This document shows, one piece after another, positions 35,695-45,755 of a DNA stretch of 64,000 nt. The number at the start of each line of letters is the position of its first letter. Positions within the stretch are counted from its first letter, which is position 1. The notes beneath the pieces are model-generated. The model was given only the letters and a program-made list of their open reading frames with translations. It was not told the DNA's origin and ran no database searches. The stretch is from an uncultured Ignavibacteria bacterium (GTDB taxonomy: Bacteria > Bacteroidota > Ignavibacteria > Ignavibacteriales > Ignavibacteriaceae): the NCBI GenBank assembly GCA_963711455.1, contig CAVQEH010000002.1:522756-586755 (forward strand), in the 5' to 3' direction. The position numbers and the translations under genes are program-made.

Positions 35695-38600
35695 ATGACA
35701 ATTACAGAACTTGCAATAAAAAGACCATCGTTGATTGTTGTAATATTTGCAGCACTTACAGTTCTTGGAATATATAGTTATACTCAGCTTGATTATGAGC
35801 TTCTTCCTAAAATTACTCCACCTGTTATAACTATTTCAACTGTTTACCCGGGAGCTTCACCAAATGAAGTTGAGACTTCCATAACCAAACCGATAGAAGA
35901 TGCGATATCAACTCTGGATGAAATTGATAATGTTAATTCAACTTCATCTGAAGGTGTATCTTTTGTAATGATTCAGTTCAAGCAGTCTGCCGATGTTGAT
36001 ATTGCTTTACAGAATGCGCAGAGAAAAGTAAATGAAGTTCTGCCGCTGCTGCCTAATGATGCAAAGCCGCCTACAATATCCAAGTTTGCCCTGGATGAAA
36101 TTCCTGTGTTAAGAATGGGTGTTACAAGTAAAATGCCTTCAACTGAATTCTATCAATTTATAAAAGACAGAATTCAACCGAGACTTGCAAAGATTCCGGG
36201 CGTAGGACAAATAACTCTTGTCGGTGGAGATGAAAGAGAAATAAGAGTAAACCTTAACGCTGATAAGCTTAAAGGTTATGGTTTATCAATTTTACAGGTA
36301 ACCCAGGCAATTAAATCTTCAAACCTGGATTTTCCAACGGGAAAAGTTGAAGACAGTAAAGAACAATTGATCGTGAGAATTGCCGGAAAGTTCAGTTCTA
36401 TTGATGCTTTGAAAAATCTTGTGGTTGCCCGTACAAAAGATGGAAGTGATATTCATCTTGACGATGTTGCTGAAGTTTATGATGGGACAAAAGAAATTAC
36501 CATGCTGAACAGGATTAATAATGTTCCTTCTGTGGGCATTCTTGTTCAGAAGCAGACGGATGCAAATGCTGTTGAAGTTAGCAAGCTTGTCCGTGAAGAA
36601 GTTGGTAAAATGGAAACTGATTATAAATCAGAAAATGTCCAATTCAATATTGCCGAGGATGGCTCCCAGTTTACAATTGATGCTGCGAACGGAGTTAAGT
36701 ATGACCTTGCACTTGCCGTAGTGCTGGTAGCGATTGTTATGCTTCTATTCCTTCACAGCTTCCGTGATTCATTCATAGTTATGCTTGCAATACCGGCATC
36801 AATGATTTCAACATTTATAGTAATGTATGCTTTCGGTTTTACTCTTAACCTGATGACTCTCCTCGGTCTTTCATTGATTGTTGGTATACTTGTCGATGAC
36901 TCTATAGTTGTGCTTGAAAATATACATCATCATCTTGAAATGGGTGAGGAGAAAAAAGCAGCGGCTGTTAAAGGACGAAATGAAATTGGGTTTGCCGCAC
37001 TTGCTATTACCATGGTTGATGTAGTTGTTTTCGTTCCGCTTGCATTAACAGGCGGACTGGTTGGAAACATTATTCGTCAATTTGCTGTTGTAGTTGTAAT
37101 TGCAACTCTGCTTTCATTATTCGTTTCTTTTACTGTTACTCCGCTGCTTGCTTCAAGAATAGGAAAGCTTGAAAGGCTTACAAAAGATACAGTCATCGGG
37201 AGATTTGCTATATGGTTTGAAAATATGTTCCATAAGATTGTTGAACATTATTTGAGGGTTTTGAAATGGGCTTTGAACAACAGGTGGAAAGTAATAACTA
37301 TTTCAATTGTATTATTCTTTGCTTCTTTTACTCTTATTCCAATGGGATTTATCGGGAGTGAATTTATAACTCAATCAGACAGAGGTGAGTTTGCAGTTAT
37401 TCTCGAAATGCCCTCAGGCTCTTCAGTGGAGAATACAAATTATGTGACCCAGAGAGTTGAAAAATTTGTAAATAATCTGCCCGAAGTTAAAAACACTTTC
37501 GTTACTGTGGGTGCTTCCAATGAAGGACTTGTTGGTCAATCATCAAACAATGCCTCTGAAATTGATGTAGCGTTGATACCTAAAGAACAAAGAGAAAGAA
37601 GCACAGATGATATAGGTGATTTGATTAAAAAAGAAGCAATGAAAATTCCCGGCGTGAAAGCAAGAGTTAACCCGATAGGAATTTTTGGTACAGCAAATCA
37701 GACTCCTATTCAATTAATCGTCTCGGGTCCGAACAGGGATATTGTTAAAAAAGGTGCTGATATACTTATGTCAACAATGAAAAAGATTCCCGGAACAGCA
37801 GACGTAAGATTATCTTCTGAAGAAGGAAAGCCTGAAACGAGAATTGAAGTTGACCGTGCTAAAATGGCTGAGCTCGGATTAAATGTAGCGGAAGTTGGTT
37901 CAGCTTTAAGAATTGCTCTTACAGGTGATGATGATTCTAAGTTCAGGGACGGCGATGATGATTACGATTTAAGAATTGCTCTCGATAAGTTTGACCGTTC
38001 GCGTATCTCGGATGTAAAGAATCTGACTTTTATGAATAACAAAGGTGAGTTGATTGAACTTCAGCAGTTTGCCGATGTCTATCAGACTACCGGTCCAACA
38101 AAGTTGCAGAGAAGGAACAGGATAAATTCAATAACTGTATATTCCCAGGTTAATGGGAGACCAAGCGGCAGTGTAGGACAGGATATTAAAAATGCGGTAA
38201 GCAAAGGTATTCTTCCAGCCGGTGTATCGGTAGATTATGAAGGCGATTTGAAAAATCAAGCTGATTCTTTCGGAAGTCTCGGACTCGCAATGCTTGCTGC
38301 TATTCTTTTTGTTTATATGGTTATGATTGCTTTGTATGATTCTTATCTCTATCCGTTTGTGGTTTTATTCTCCATTCCGGTTGCAATGGTAGGAGCTTTT
38401 CTTGCACTTGCATTAACAATGAAATCACTTAATATCTTTTCTATACTTGGAATAATCATGCTTGTCGGACTTGTAGGAAAGAATGCCATCCTGCTTGTAG
38501 ACCGTGCTAACCAGAAGAGAAGGGAAGATGGATTAAACACTTTTGATGCACTGATTGAGGCAGGCAAAAGCAGGATAAGACCAATTCTTATGACCACAAC

Positions 38601-38856
38601 CGCAATGGTAATTGGTATGCTACCTCTCGCAATTGCACAGGATTCAGGTTCTGAATGGAAATCTGGACTTGCCTGGGCAATTATAGGGGGTTTAATAAGC
38701 TCTATGTTTCTTACATTAATACTTGTTCCCGTAATTTATATGAGGGCAGAATTGTGGAAGGAAAATATTGCGGCATTCTTCAGGAAGATATTCAGAAAGA
38801 GTAAATCAAAAGAAGAAGTCCTTATTCCTGAAGAGCTGCAGCCTGAAGAAAACTAA
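35695..38856 (+). CDS. RND efflux transporter permease (AcrB/HAE1-like)
   Basis: 1053 aa with 12-TM RND topology. N-terminus is MTITELAIKRPSLIVVIFAAL. Conserved TM4 region GLSLIVGILVDDSIVVLENI. Confidence 0.95.
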   Translation: MTITELAIKRPSLIVVIFAALTVLGIYSYTQLDYELLPKITPPVITISTVYPGASPNEVETSITKPIEDAISTLDEIDNVNSTSSEGVSFVMIQFKQSADVDIALQNAQRKVNEVLPLLPNDAKPPTISKFALDEIPVLRMGVTSKMPSTEFYQFIKDRIQPRLAKIPGVGQITLVGGDEREIRVNLNADKLKGYGLSILQVTQAIKSSNLDFPTGKVEDSKEQLIVRIAGKFSSIDALKNLVVARTKDGSDIHLDDVAEVYDGTKEITMLNRINNVPSVGILVQKQTDANAVEVSKLVREEVGKMETDYKSENVQFNIAEDGSQFTIDAANGVKYDLALAVVLVAIVMLLFLHSFRDSFIVMLAIPASMISTFIVMYAFGFTLNLMTLLGLSLIVGILVDDSIVVLENIHHHLEMGEEKKAAAVKGRNEIGFAALAITMVDVVVFVPLALTGGLVGNIIRQFAVVVVIATLLSLFVSFTVTPLLASRIGKLERLTKDTVIGRFAIWFENMFHKIVEHYLRVLKWALNNRWKVITISIVLFFASFTLIPMGFIGSEFITQSDRGEFAVILEMPSGSSVENTNYVTQRVEKFVNNLPEVKNTFVTVGASNEGLVGQSSNNASEIDVALIPKEQRERSTDDIGDLIKKEAMKIPGVKARVNPIGIFGTANQTPIQLIVSGPNRDIVKKGADILMSTMKKIPGTADVRLSSEEGKPETRIEVDRAKMAELGLNVAEVGSALRIALTGDDDSKFRDGDDDYDLRIALDKFDRSRISDVKNLTFMNNKGELIELQQFADVYQTTGPTKLQRRNRINSITVYSQVNGRPSGSVGQDIKNAVSKGILPAGVSVDYEGDLKNQADSFGSLGLAMLAAILFVYMVMIALYDSYLYPFVVLFSIPVAMVGAFLALALTMKSLNIFSILGIIMLVGLVGKNAILLVDRANQKRREDGLNTFDALIEAGKSRIRPILMTTTAMVIGMLPLAIAQDSGSEWKSGLAWAIIGGLISSMFLTLILVPVIYMRAELWKENIAAFFRKIFRKSKSKEEVLIPEELQPEEN

Positions 38857-38868
38857 AAAATGACTAAC

Positions 38869-38913
38869 GAATTACCGGGTTTGCGGATTGATGAATTCGT
38901 AAATCCGGAATTC
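38869..38913 (+). terminator. Long imperfect hairpin after the RND operon (terminator-like; pairs fully only on the plus strand)
   Basis: GAATTaCCGGgTTTgCGgATT-GATG-AATtCGtAAAtCCGGaATTC. Three positions are G-U wobbles in plus-strand RNA but C-A mismatches on the other strand. There is no clear U-tract. Confidence 0.35.
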
Positions 38914-39062
38914 TTAATATACTTGATCAGATTCGCAATTCAGCAATTAAACATTCAGTCTTTCTCTTGGCTTTCTCCCCCAATAACCGTAATTTTAAAC
39001 TTCTAATTATTGAATTAATGTTTAATCCCCTCCGTTCGGAGTTATTTTCAGGGAGAGATAAA

Positions 39063-40280
39063 ATGAAAAACCATTCAAAACAGGACTTTCAGACCAAATG
39101 CGTTCACGCTGGTATTGATGAATATGAATTTGGTTCGGTTGTTCCGCCAATCTACCAGACATCTACATTTAAATTTGAATCAGCAGAGCATGGTGCTTCT
39201 TTATTTGCAGGAGAACAAAAAGGCTATATCTATACAAGGATGCTTAATCCTACAGTTGAAGCAATGGAAAATGCAATAGCAGAGCTTGAAGGCGGGCATA
39301 AAGCACTCGGCTGCGGCAGTGGTATGGCAGCAGCTCATACTGTTTTTGCAAGCCTGACACAGGCAGGAGATCATGTGGTTTGCTCTTCTTCTGTTTATGG
39401 ACCTACTACTACCTTGTTAAATACTGTAATGAAAAAGTTTGGTGTGGAAACTACTTTTGTTGATACTTCGGATACAGACAATGTTCTTAATGCAATGAAA
39501 AAAAACACAAAAGTTGTTTATGTTGAAACACCCGGTAATCCTACACTTTGTATTTCCGATTTAAAAGCGATTTCAGAAATTGCACATAAGCATAATGCTA
39601 AGGTAGTTGTTGACAATACTTTTATGAGTCCGGCATTACAGAATCCTCTTTCACTTGGAGCAGACGTTGTTTTGCATAGCCTCACAAAGTTCTTAAACGG
39701 GCACGCAGATGTTGTAGGGGGAATAATCGTAGTTAAAAATGAAGAAACTTATGTTTATTTCCGTAAAACATTAAACCAGCTTGGCGGTGTTATAGATCCT
39801 TTCAATTCATTCCTCGTGCACAGAGGATTAAAAACTCTATCATTAAGAATGGAAAGACATTGTACTAATGCACAAAAAATAGCTGAGTGGCTGGAAAAAC
39901 ATCCTTTAATTAAATGGATTAAATTCCCCGGGTTAAAGAGTCATCCTCAATATGAAATAGGACAGAAACAGCACAGAGGTCCGGGAGGAATGATAACATT
40001 TGAACTTGAAGGCGGAATAGAAGCCGGTAGAATGTTGATGAACTCTGTAAAGCTCTGCCAGTTAGCTGTTAGTCTTGGCGGCGTTGAATCCCTGATACAG
40101 CATCCTGCAAGTATGACTCATTTCTCGATGGGTAAAGAAGCGAGGGAAGCTGCAGAAATTTCGGATGGTCTTGTCAGATTATCAGTGGGAATAGAAAATG
40201 TCGACGATCTTATTGCCGATCTTGAGCAGGCGTTAAATAAAGTTAAAAATTCCGAAAAAGTTAAAGCAATGGAAGTTTAA
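39063..40280 (+). CDS. PLP-dependent Cys/Met-metabolism enzyme (methionine gamma-lyase / cystathionine gamma-synthase / O-acetylhomoserine sulfhydrylase family)
   Basis: TKCVHAG...PPIYQTSTF near the N-terminus. PLP-lysine motif HSLTKFLNGHAD. C-terminal GGVESLIQHPASMTH. I prefer the ATG at 39063 (preceded by GGGAGAG) over the TTG at 38967. Confidence 0.88.
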   Translation: MKNHSKQDFQTKCVHAGIDEYEFGSVVPPIYQTSTFKFESAEHGASLFAGEQKGYIYTRMLNPTVEAMENAIAELEGGHKALGCGSGMAAAHTVFASLTQAGDHVVCSSSVYGPTTTLLNTVMKKFGVETTFVDTSDTDNVLNAMKKNTKVVYVETPGNPTLCISDLKAISEIAHKHNAKVVVDNTFMSPALQNPLSLGADVVLHSLTKFLNGHADVVGGIIVVKNEETYVYFRKTLNQLGGVIDPFNSFLVHRGLKTLSLRMERHCTNAQKIAEWLEKHPLIKWIKFPGLKSHPQYEIGQKQHRGPGGMITFELEGGIEAGRMLMNSVKLCQLAVSLGGVESLIQHPASMTHFSMGKEAREAAEISDGLVRLSVGIENVDDLIADLEQALNKVKNSEKVKAMEV

Positions 40281-40284
40281 GGAA

Positions 40285-40307
40285 GGGTGTAACTTTACAC
40301 CCTTTTT
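40285..40307 (+). terminator. Rho-independent terminator
   Basis: GGGTGTA-ACTT-TACACCC hairpin followed by TTTTT. Confidence 0.85.
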
Positions 40308-40416
40308 ATTATTTTATATCTTTGCCTATAACAATTATTTTTATTATTTAATAAAATAGATAAGCAACTTTCTGTGATATCATAAATCTTTTTATTCACT
40401 AATTTCTGGGGAAATT

Positions 40417-43400
40417 ATGAAAAAATTATACGCCCTAATCGTTCTCTTTTCTTTTGTCTCTTTAAATTTAACATTAGCATCTGTGCCCAAAGGAGTTTCG
40501 TTAAACAAAACTTCTGATGGATATTCTATAAATTTTGTGCTTCCTTCATATCAGCTTAATCCGGTTACAGTTGAAAACCAGCAATTTTATACCATTGAAA
40601 TTCCGGATTATGGGACAATTAACGAAGTTGGTCTTCCGGCACTACCGCAGATTTCATTTAATATGTTCATCCCTTACCAGGAAGAAAATCCTTCGGTTAA
40701 TGTTGGCAGAATTAATTCGGAAGTTAAGGAGCTAAAACAAAAAATCTATCCTTTTCAGCAGCCATGGGAAAAAAATAATCCTGTTTCAGAAAGACCATTT
40801 ACAATAAATCAAAGTTATTATAATTCTACCGGAAAAATTTATCCTTCCATTGATATTTCAGAACCATTTATAATTAATGGAGTAAAAGGAATAATTGTAA
40901 CCATTCATCCGTTCAATTATAATCCGATTGAAAATAAACTTACCATAATTAAATCGGGTGAATTCATTTTGAATTTGCATGGTAATGTTTCTCCCGTTTC
41001 GGGTAAATCAGCAATTTTCAACAGCTTCTTTAATAAGATATTTGCCAATTACGAATACACGGGTGAAAGATCCGGTGGTAATTATTTAATTATTACGGCT
41101 CCTGCATATGAATCCGATTTAGCTCCGTTTATAGATCTAAAGAGTGCGTCGGGATTCACGGTAGATGTATTTAATACAAATACAACCGGAACTTCAAACT
41201 CGGCTATTAAAAGTTTTATTCAACTGAGATATGACAACATTGCGACAAGACCCGATTATATTCTTCTCGTAGGTGATGTTGCAAATATTCCTGCCTGGAC
41301 AGGATCGGGAATAGATAATCCTACTACTGACCTGAAGTATGTTCAGCTAGAAGGCGGAGATTATTTTGCTGATGCATTTATTGGAAGATTTTCGGTAACA
41401 AATTCAACTCAGCTTGCAAATGCCATTAATAAATCCATTTTTATGGAATCCTATGTTGGCACTCTGGATTTAAAAAATGTATTTATGGCTTCCAATGATA
41501 ATTATTCAATTACCGAAGGAACTCACAACTATGTTATTAATACTTATTTCGATCCTGCCGGATATACAAATCTGAAGTTGTACTCTCACACTTATAATGC
41601 TACTACAACGCAATTGATTAATGCATTAAATGATAACCAGATATTTGCAATATATTCGGGACATGGTTCTGAAACATCCTGGGCTGATGGACCGCCCCTA
41701 ACTCAATCCCAGGTTAATGCACTAACCAACACCTGGTATCCTTACGTTTATTCTTTTGCGTGTTTAACAGGTTCATTTGCTACCGGTGAATGTTTTGGCG
41801 AGACCTGGCTGCGTACTGCTCACGGTGCCTCTTCGTTTTATGGATCATCGGTTACTTCTTACTGGGATGAAGATGATATACTCGAACGTAATGTAATTAA
41901 ATCAATGTTTGAGGATGAACTTGTAAGAGTTACTCCAATGTTTGTTCAGGGAATGATTTATCTTGTTGATCACTACGGCGGTATAAATGGTACAACCTTA
42001 AGGTATATGGAAATGTATAATCTTATGGGAGATCCTTCATTACCTGTAGTTGAAATGCTTCCGCCATGCCCAGTTGAAACAGCATCCAATCCAAATCCGG
42101 CAGCAGGTGCAACAGATGTTTCTATTAATCTACCTGAAATTACCTGGACGAATGGTGCTGATGCAGTTACAAATGAAACTTATTTTGGAACAAACCCGGC
42201 TTCATTAACCTTAGTTCAATCAGGTACTTTAGCAAATTCATGGACAATTGATCCCGGCTATTTACCTATGGATTATTATACTAATTATTACTGGAAAATT
42301 GTTGAAATAGGTGATACCTGTAGTTCTGCCGCCACATTTAGTTTTAGAACAGTGCAGGATCCAAACCTGGTTACTGTTACTGATACTCTCTACCCACAAA
42401 GTGTTGATTATTGGACAGGAACCTGTAATTCCAGTGCCAAAACCGAGGTAAGTACAATAAAAACAGTTTCTCCTGAACTGGGGTGGATGACTTTTGACAT
42501 AAGTTCAATTCCTGAAGATGCAGAAATATTATCTCTTTCCTTTAACGGTTATGTAAATGCTACTTACTATCCTTATTGGAGTGCTACACCAATGGGAACG
42601 GTTGACCCGGTATCAGGTAATGCCGCTGCTATTTATAACCAGGTAAGCAATAATGCTGATGAGGGAACTGCTTATATTTATTCCGATGAAACATCTTCAT
42701 TCACAACTGGCTGGCATTCATATCCAATGGAAAGTGGTGCCGCACCTGATCTTCAGAATGCATTGGGACAAAGTTGGTTTTCCATTGGTATATTCGATCG
42801 TGATGTCTCTACAACCTACTATATTAATTTTGATGGGTGGAGCGAAGCACATCCACCTTACCTGATCGTTAGCTATCAGTATGTAACTCCTGTAGAACTT
42901 ACCTCATTCGCGGCTACATCAAATGAGGGCAACGTAATATTAAACTGGGCAACTGCGACTGAAACTAATAACAGAGGTTTCGATGTTGAACGCAAATCGA
43001 TGAATAGTGAATACCAGAAAGTTGGTTATGTGGCAGGCTTTGGTACTTCAACAGAACCAAAATCTTACTCTTTTGCGGATAACAATATTAATGCAGGTAA
43101 CTATACTTACAGGTTGAAGCAGATTGATTTCAATGGAAGTTATTCATATTCAAACGAAGTAAATGTAAAAGTAACATCACCATTGCAGTATTCTCTTGAG
43201 CAAAACTATCCTAATCCATTTAATCCGAATACAACTATAAAATATTCAATGCCTGAAGATGGATTTGTAAAGCTTAAAGTATATAATTTGCTCGGTGAAG
43301 AAATAATCTCTCTCGTAAACAATGAACAAAAAGCAGGGAGATACGAAGTTGTATTTGATGCTTCAAGATTTGCAAGCGGTGTTTATTACTATCGCCTGGA

Positions 43401-43446
43401 AACCTCAAAATATACTTCGATAAAGAAAATGATACTGTTGAAGTAA
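40417..43446 (+). CDS. Gingipain-like cysteine peptidase (family C25) with a T9SS type-A C-terminal sorting domain
   Basis: Signal peptide. C25 features include YLIITAPAYESDLAPFIDLK and ILLVGDVANIPAW, a catalytic His region YSGHGSETSW and a catalytic Cys region YSFACLTGSF. The CTD is NYPNPFNPNTTI...GVYYYRLE...KKMILLK. Confidence 0.85.
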   Translation: MKKLYALIVLFSFVSLNLTLASVPKGVSLNKTSDGYSINFVLPSYQLNPVTVENQQFYTIEIPDYGTINEVGLPALPQISFNMFIPYQEENPSVNVGRINSEVKELKQKIYPFQQPWEKNNPVSERPFTINQSYYNSTGKIYPSIDISEPFIINGVKGIIVTIHPFNYNPIENKLTIIKSGEFILNLHGNVSPVSGKSAIFNSFFNKIFANYEYTGERSGGNYLIITAPAYESDLAPFIDLKSASGFTVDVFNTNTTGTSNSAIKSFIQLRYDNIATRPDYILLVGDVANIPAWTGSGIDNPTTDLKYVQLEGGDYFADAFIGRFSVTNSTQLANAINKSIFMESYVGTLDLKNVFMASNDNYSITEGTHNYVINTYFDPAGYTNLKLYSHTYNATTTQLINALNDNQIFAIYSGHGSETSWADGPPLTQSQVNALTNTWYPYVYSFACLTGSFATGECFGETWLRTAHGASSFYGSSVTSYWDEDDILERNVIKSMFEDELVRVTPMFVQGMIYLVDHYGGINGTTLRYMEMYNLMGDPSLPVVEMLPPCPVETASNPNPAAGATDVSINLPEITWTNGADAVTNETYFGTNPASLTLVQSGTLANSWTIDPGYLPMDYYTNYYWKIVEIGDTCSSAATFSFRTVQDPNLVTVTDTLYPQSVDYWTGTCNSSAKTEVSTIKTVSPELGWMTFDISSIPEDAEILSLSFNGYVNATYYPYWSATPMGTVDPVSGNAAAIYNQVSNNADEGTAYIYSDETSSFTTGWHSYPMESGAAPDLQNALGQSWFSIGIFDRDVSTTYYINFDGWSEAHPPYLIVSYQYVTPVELTSFAATSNEGNVILNWATATETNNRGFDVERKSMNSEYQKVGYVAGFGTSTEPKSYSFADNNINAGNYTYRLKQIDFNGSYSYSNEVNVKVTSPLQYSLEQNYPNPFNPNTTIKYSMPEDGFVKLKVYNLLGEEIISLVNNEQKAGRYEVVFDASRFASGVYYYRLETSKYTSIKKMILLK

Positions 43447-43467
43447 TTTCCTGTTAAATTTAAATTT

Positions 43468-43498
43468 ATACCCGGTCAAATTGACCGGGTATTTTTTT
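43468..43498. terminator. Bidirectional rho-independent terminator between convergent genes
   Basis: ACCCGGTC-AAATT-GACCGGGT hairpin followed by ATTTTTTT on the plus strand. The flank is also A/T-rich on the other side. Confidence 0.85.
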
Positions 43499-43994
43499 AT
43501 TTAAAATATCTTTTTGGGTATTCGAAGAATTCTAATTCGCAGGACTGTTCACCGATTTCTTTCCAGTGTTTAACATTAAGTTTTAAAGAGACAACAGCAG
43601 AAGTAGGAATATTCTCAATCCGTTCGTTTGAGATAAAATTAGAAAAATCTGTCAATCCCGGGTTATGTGAAAAAAGCATCAGTGTTTCAATATTACTTTC
43701 AGTCTTTGAAAGAACACTCAGTATATCATTAACACCGGCTTCATATAAATTTTTATCAGTCTTGATTTTCTCTAATGGATATTTCATTTCACCTGCAAAA
43801 TATTTTGCAGTTTCGTAAGCCCTTTTAGCCGTGCTTGAAATAATCAAATCAGGTGTTATCCCTTTTTCATTAATCAGCTTTCCCATAAACGGAGCATCTC
43901 TTTTTCCTCGCTTATTTAAAGGTCTCTCGTAATCATTAAGCTCGGGATTTTTCCAGCTTGATTTGGCATGACGAACCAGGTAAAGCTTTTTCAA
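43497..43994 (-). CDS. Histidine phosphatase superfamily protein (SixA-like phosphohistidine phosphatase)
   Basis: 165 aa with N-terminal LYLVRHAKS (RHG-type motif) and a later SHNPG motif. Confidence 0.8.
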   Translation of the reverse strand: MKKLYLVRHAKSSWKNPELNDYERPLNKRGKRDAPFMGKLINEKGITPDLIISSTAKRAYETAKYFAGEMKYPLEKIKTDKNLYEAGVNDILSVLSKTESNIETLMLFSHNPGLTDFSNFISNERIENIPTSAVVSLKLNVKHWKEIGEQSCELEFFEYPKRYFK

Positions 43995-44000
43995 TTCTTT

Positions 44001-44612
44001 TCACAAAAATTTGTTTTTATCAATTTCCGCAGCTTTTTGTTTAAGCCTGTCTAAGTTGATCTTTCGTGCTGCTCCAAATTTCTTCCTGGCGTACTCAGTG
44101 TGGAAAGAGTTTGCCTCAATAAAATTAATATTTTGTTTTAACCACTCAGAATCAGAATAAGTTCTATTAATTGTACTTTTCCATTCTGTTCTCAGGAGTT
44201 CAATTTTAACCATCAAATTTTCATTTCCAAGATAGACGAGGTCTGCGTCGCACAGGATCTCTTCGGCTATATTTTTGGGACTATGGGGAATCCTGGTAGA
44301 AAGAATCATTCCTTTGATTGAGTTTATTTGATCTAAAGGAAAATTCCTTTCTTTAAGATAAGCTTCAGCAATTTCAGCACTTTTCTCTTCATGGTTTTCA
44401 ACCGATTTAATGTATCCCGTATCGTGAAACCAGGCTGCAATTATTAACAATTCTTTTTCCTCTTCGGATATATCTGAATTTTCTGCTATTTCATTTGAAG
44501 CTGAAACAACATCTCTGGTATGCTGAAAGTTATGGTATACAAAAAAAGAGGGAAGCTGACTTTCAAATAAAACTTTTATGTGATTAGAAATCTCTTCTAT
44601 ATATTTGTTCAT
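44001..44612 (-). CDS. HD-domain metal-dependent phosphohydrolase
   Basis: YHNFQHT...AAWFHDTGY...CDADL is the H..HD..D pattern. Confidence 0.7.
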   Translation of the reverse strand: MNKYIEEISNHIKVLFESQLPSFFVYHNFQHTRDVVSASNEIAENSDISEEEKELLIIAAWFHDTGYIKSVENHEEKSAEIAEAYLKERNFPLDQINSIKGMILSTRIPHSPKNIAEEILCDADLVYLGNENLMVKIELLRTEWKSTINRTYSDSEWLKQNINFIEANSFHTEYARKKFGAARKINLDRLKQKAAEIDKNKFL

Positions 44613-44689
44613 CGTTTCCTGGTATGAGAAGACTTATACCATTTAATTTAAACAAAATGAATTAATTCTGATATGATTTATATGATATT

Positions 44690-45601
44690 TTATGCGGTTA
44701 TTTCAATAGACTGTTTTTGTTTCTTTGCTCCCTTTTTTACGATAATAACCCCAATAATAATTACAGTTGCTGCAAAAATAGTGGTTAGATTAAGTGTTTC
44801 GTTTAGTACAAGCCAGCCAAGAAAAAGAGCAATAACAGGATTTATATATGCGTAAGTAGCCACAAGAGAAAGCGGCAGATGCTCTATCGCATACATATAA
44901 GAACCATACCCGAGAATTGAACCAAATATAACCAGGTAAAAGAATGCACTGATACCTTCCGGATGCAATGAAATTTGAGAAGCTTCTCCTAGTGAAAGGC
45001 CAAGTATTGTTTGCGCAGAACCTGCAATTAACATTTGAATAGCAGCACTCATCAAAGGATGGACACTTACTTTTTTATACTTGGAATAAACTGTTCCGAA
45101 AGACCATGATACAACGGCTCCAAGAATACACAGCACACCAAGCAGGTAAGATGAATTCAGAAGCTGGGCCCAATCGCCGTTAAAAATTAAAGCGACGCCA
45201 AACAAACCCAGGATAAGACCGGAAATTATGAGGTAATTTATTTTTGGGCCAGTTGGAATAACAGATTCCATTCCAACAACCCAGAAAGGAACGGTAGTAA
45301 TCAGCAAAGCAGCAAGACCACTTCCAATAAATTGCTCTCCGGTTACAACTAATCCGTTCCCAATTCCTATCAAAGAAATCCCAACCACTGAAATATGAAT
45401 GATATCTTTTTTCGAAGGTAACTTTTGTCCTTTTAATCTGAGAATAAAAACAAAAATAATTCCGGCAATAATCCATCTTACTCCGGCAAACAACATTGGT
45501 GGAAGATGTTCCACCCCGATCCTGATTGCAAGATAAGTAGTTCCCCAAATTATACATACTGCAATCCATGCCGAATAAGATTTGATATTTTTTGCATCCA
45601 T
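44690..45601 (-). CDS. EamA/DMT-family transporter (10 TM)
   Basis: Two EamA repeats. I prefer the start at ATG 45601 (MDAKNIKSYSAWIAVCIIWGTTYLAI). The 72-aa upstream extension in the ORF track would overlap the divergent MFS gene. Confidence 0.85.
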   Translation of the reverse strand: MDAKNIKSYSAWIAVCIIWGTTYLAIRIGVEHLPPMLFAGVRWIIAGIIFVFILRLKGQKLPSKKDIIHISVVGISLIGIGNGLVVTGEQFIGSGLAALLITTVPFWVVGMESVIPTGPKINYLIISGLILGLFGVALIFNGDWAQLLNSSYLLGVLCILGAVVSWSFGTVYSKYKKVSVHPLMSAAIQMLIAGSAQTILGLSLGEASQISLHPEGISAFFYLVIFGSILGYGSYMYAIEHLPLSLVATYAYINPVIALFLGWLVLNETLNLTTIFAATVIIIGVIIVKKGAKKQKQSIEITA

Positions 45602-45755
45602 AAAATCAACCGGTGGAGTTATTAAACTTTCAAAAATTGAGGTTAAACATACTACTTTTATAGCTAATTCAGGGGAAGAATTAATCACGTCTCGTAATAT
45701 GATTAATAATTCATTATTTTTACAGCCATTGTAAAATTCACCTTTTGAGGAAAAT

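Noticed and set aside
38857-39062. Looked for a SAM/S-box type riboswitch upstream of the Met-gamma-lyase-family gene
   Set aside because: No recognisable conserved core is present (no GAGGGA...GCAACC-type elements or a four-way junction pattern). Only the long hairpin at 38869-38913 is present, and it does not resemble known SAM riboswitch classes as far as I can judge by eye.
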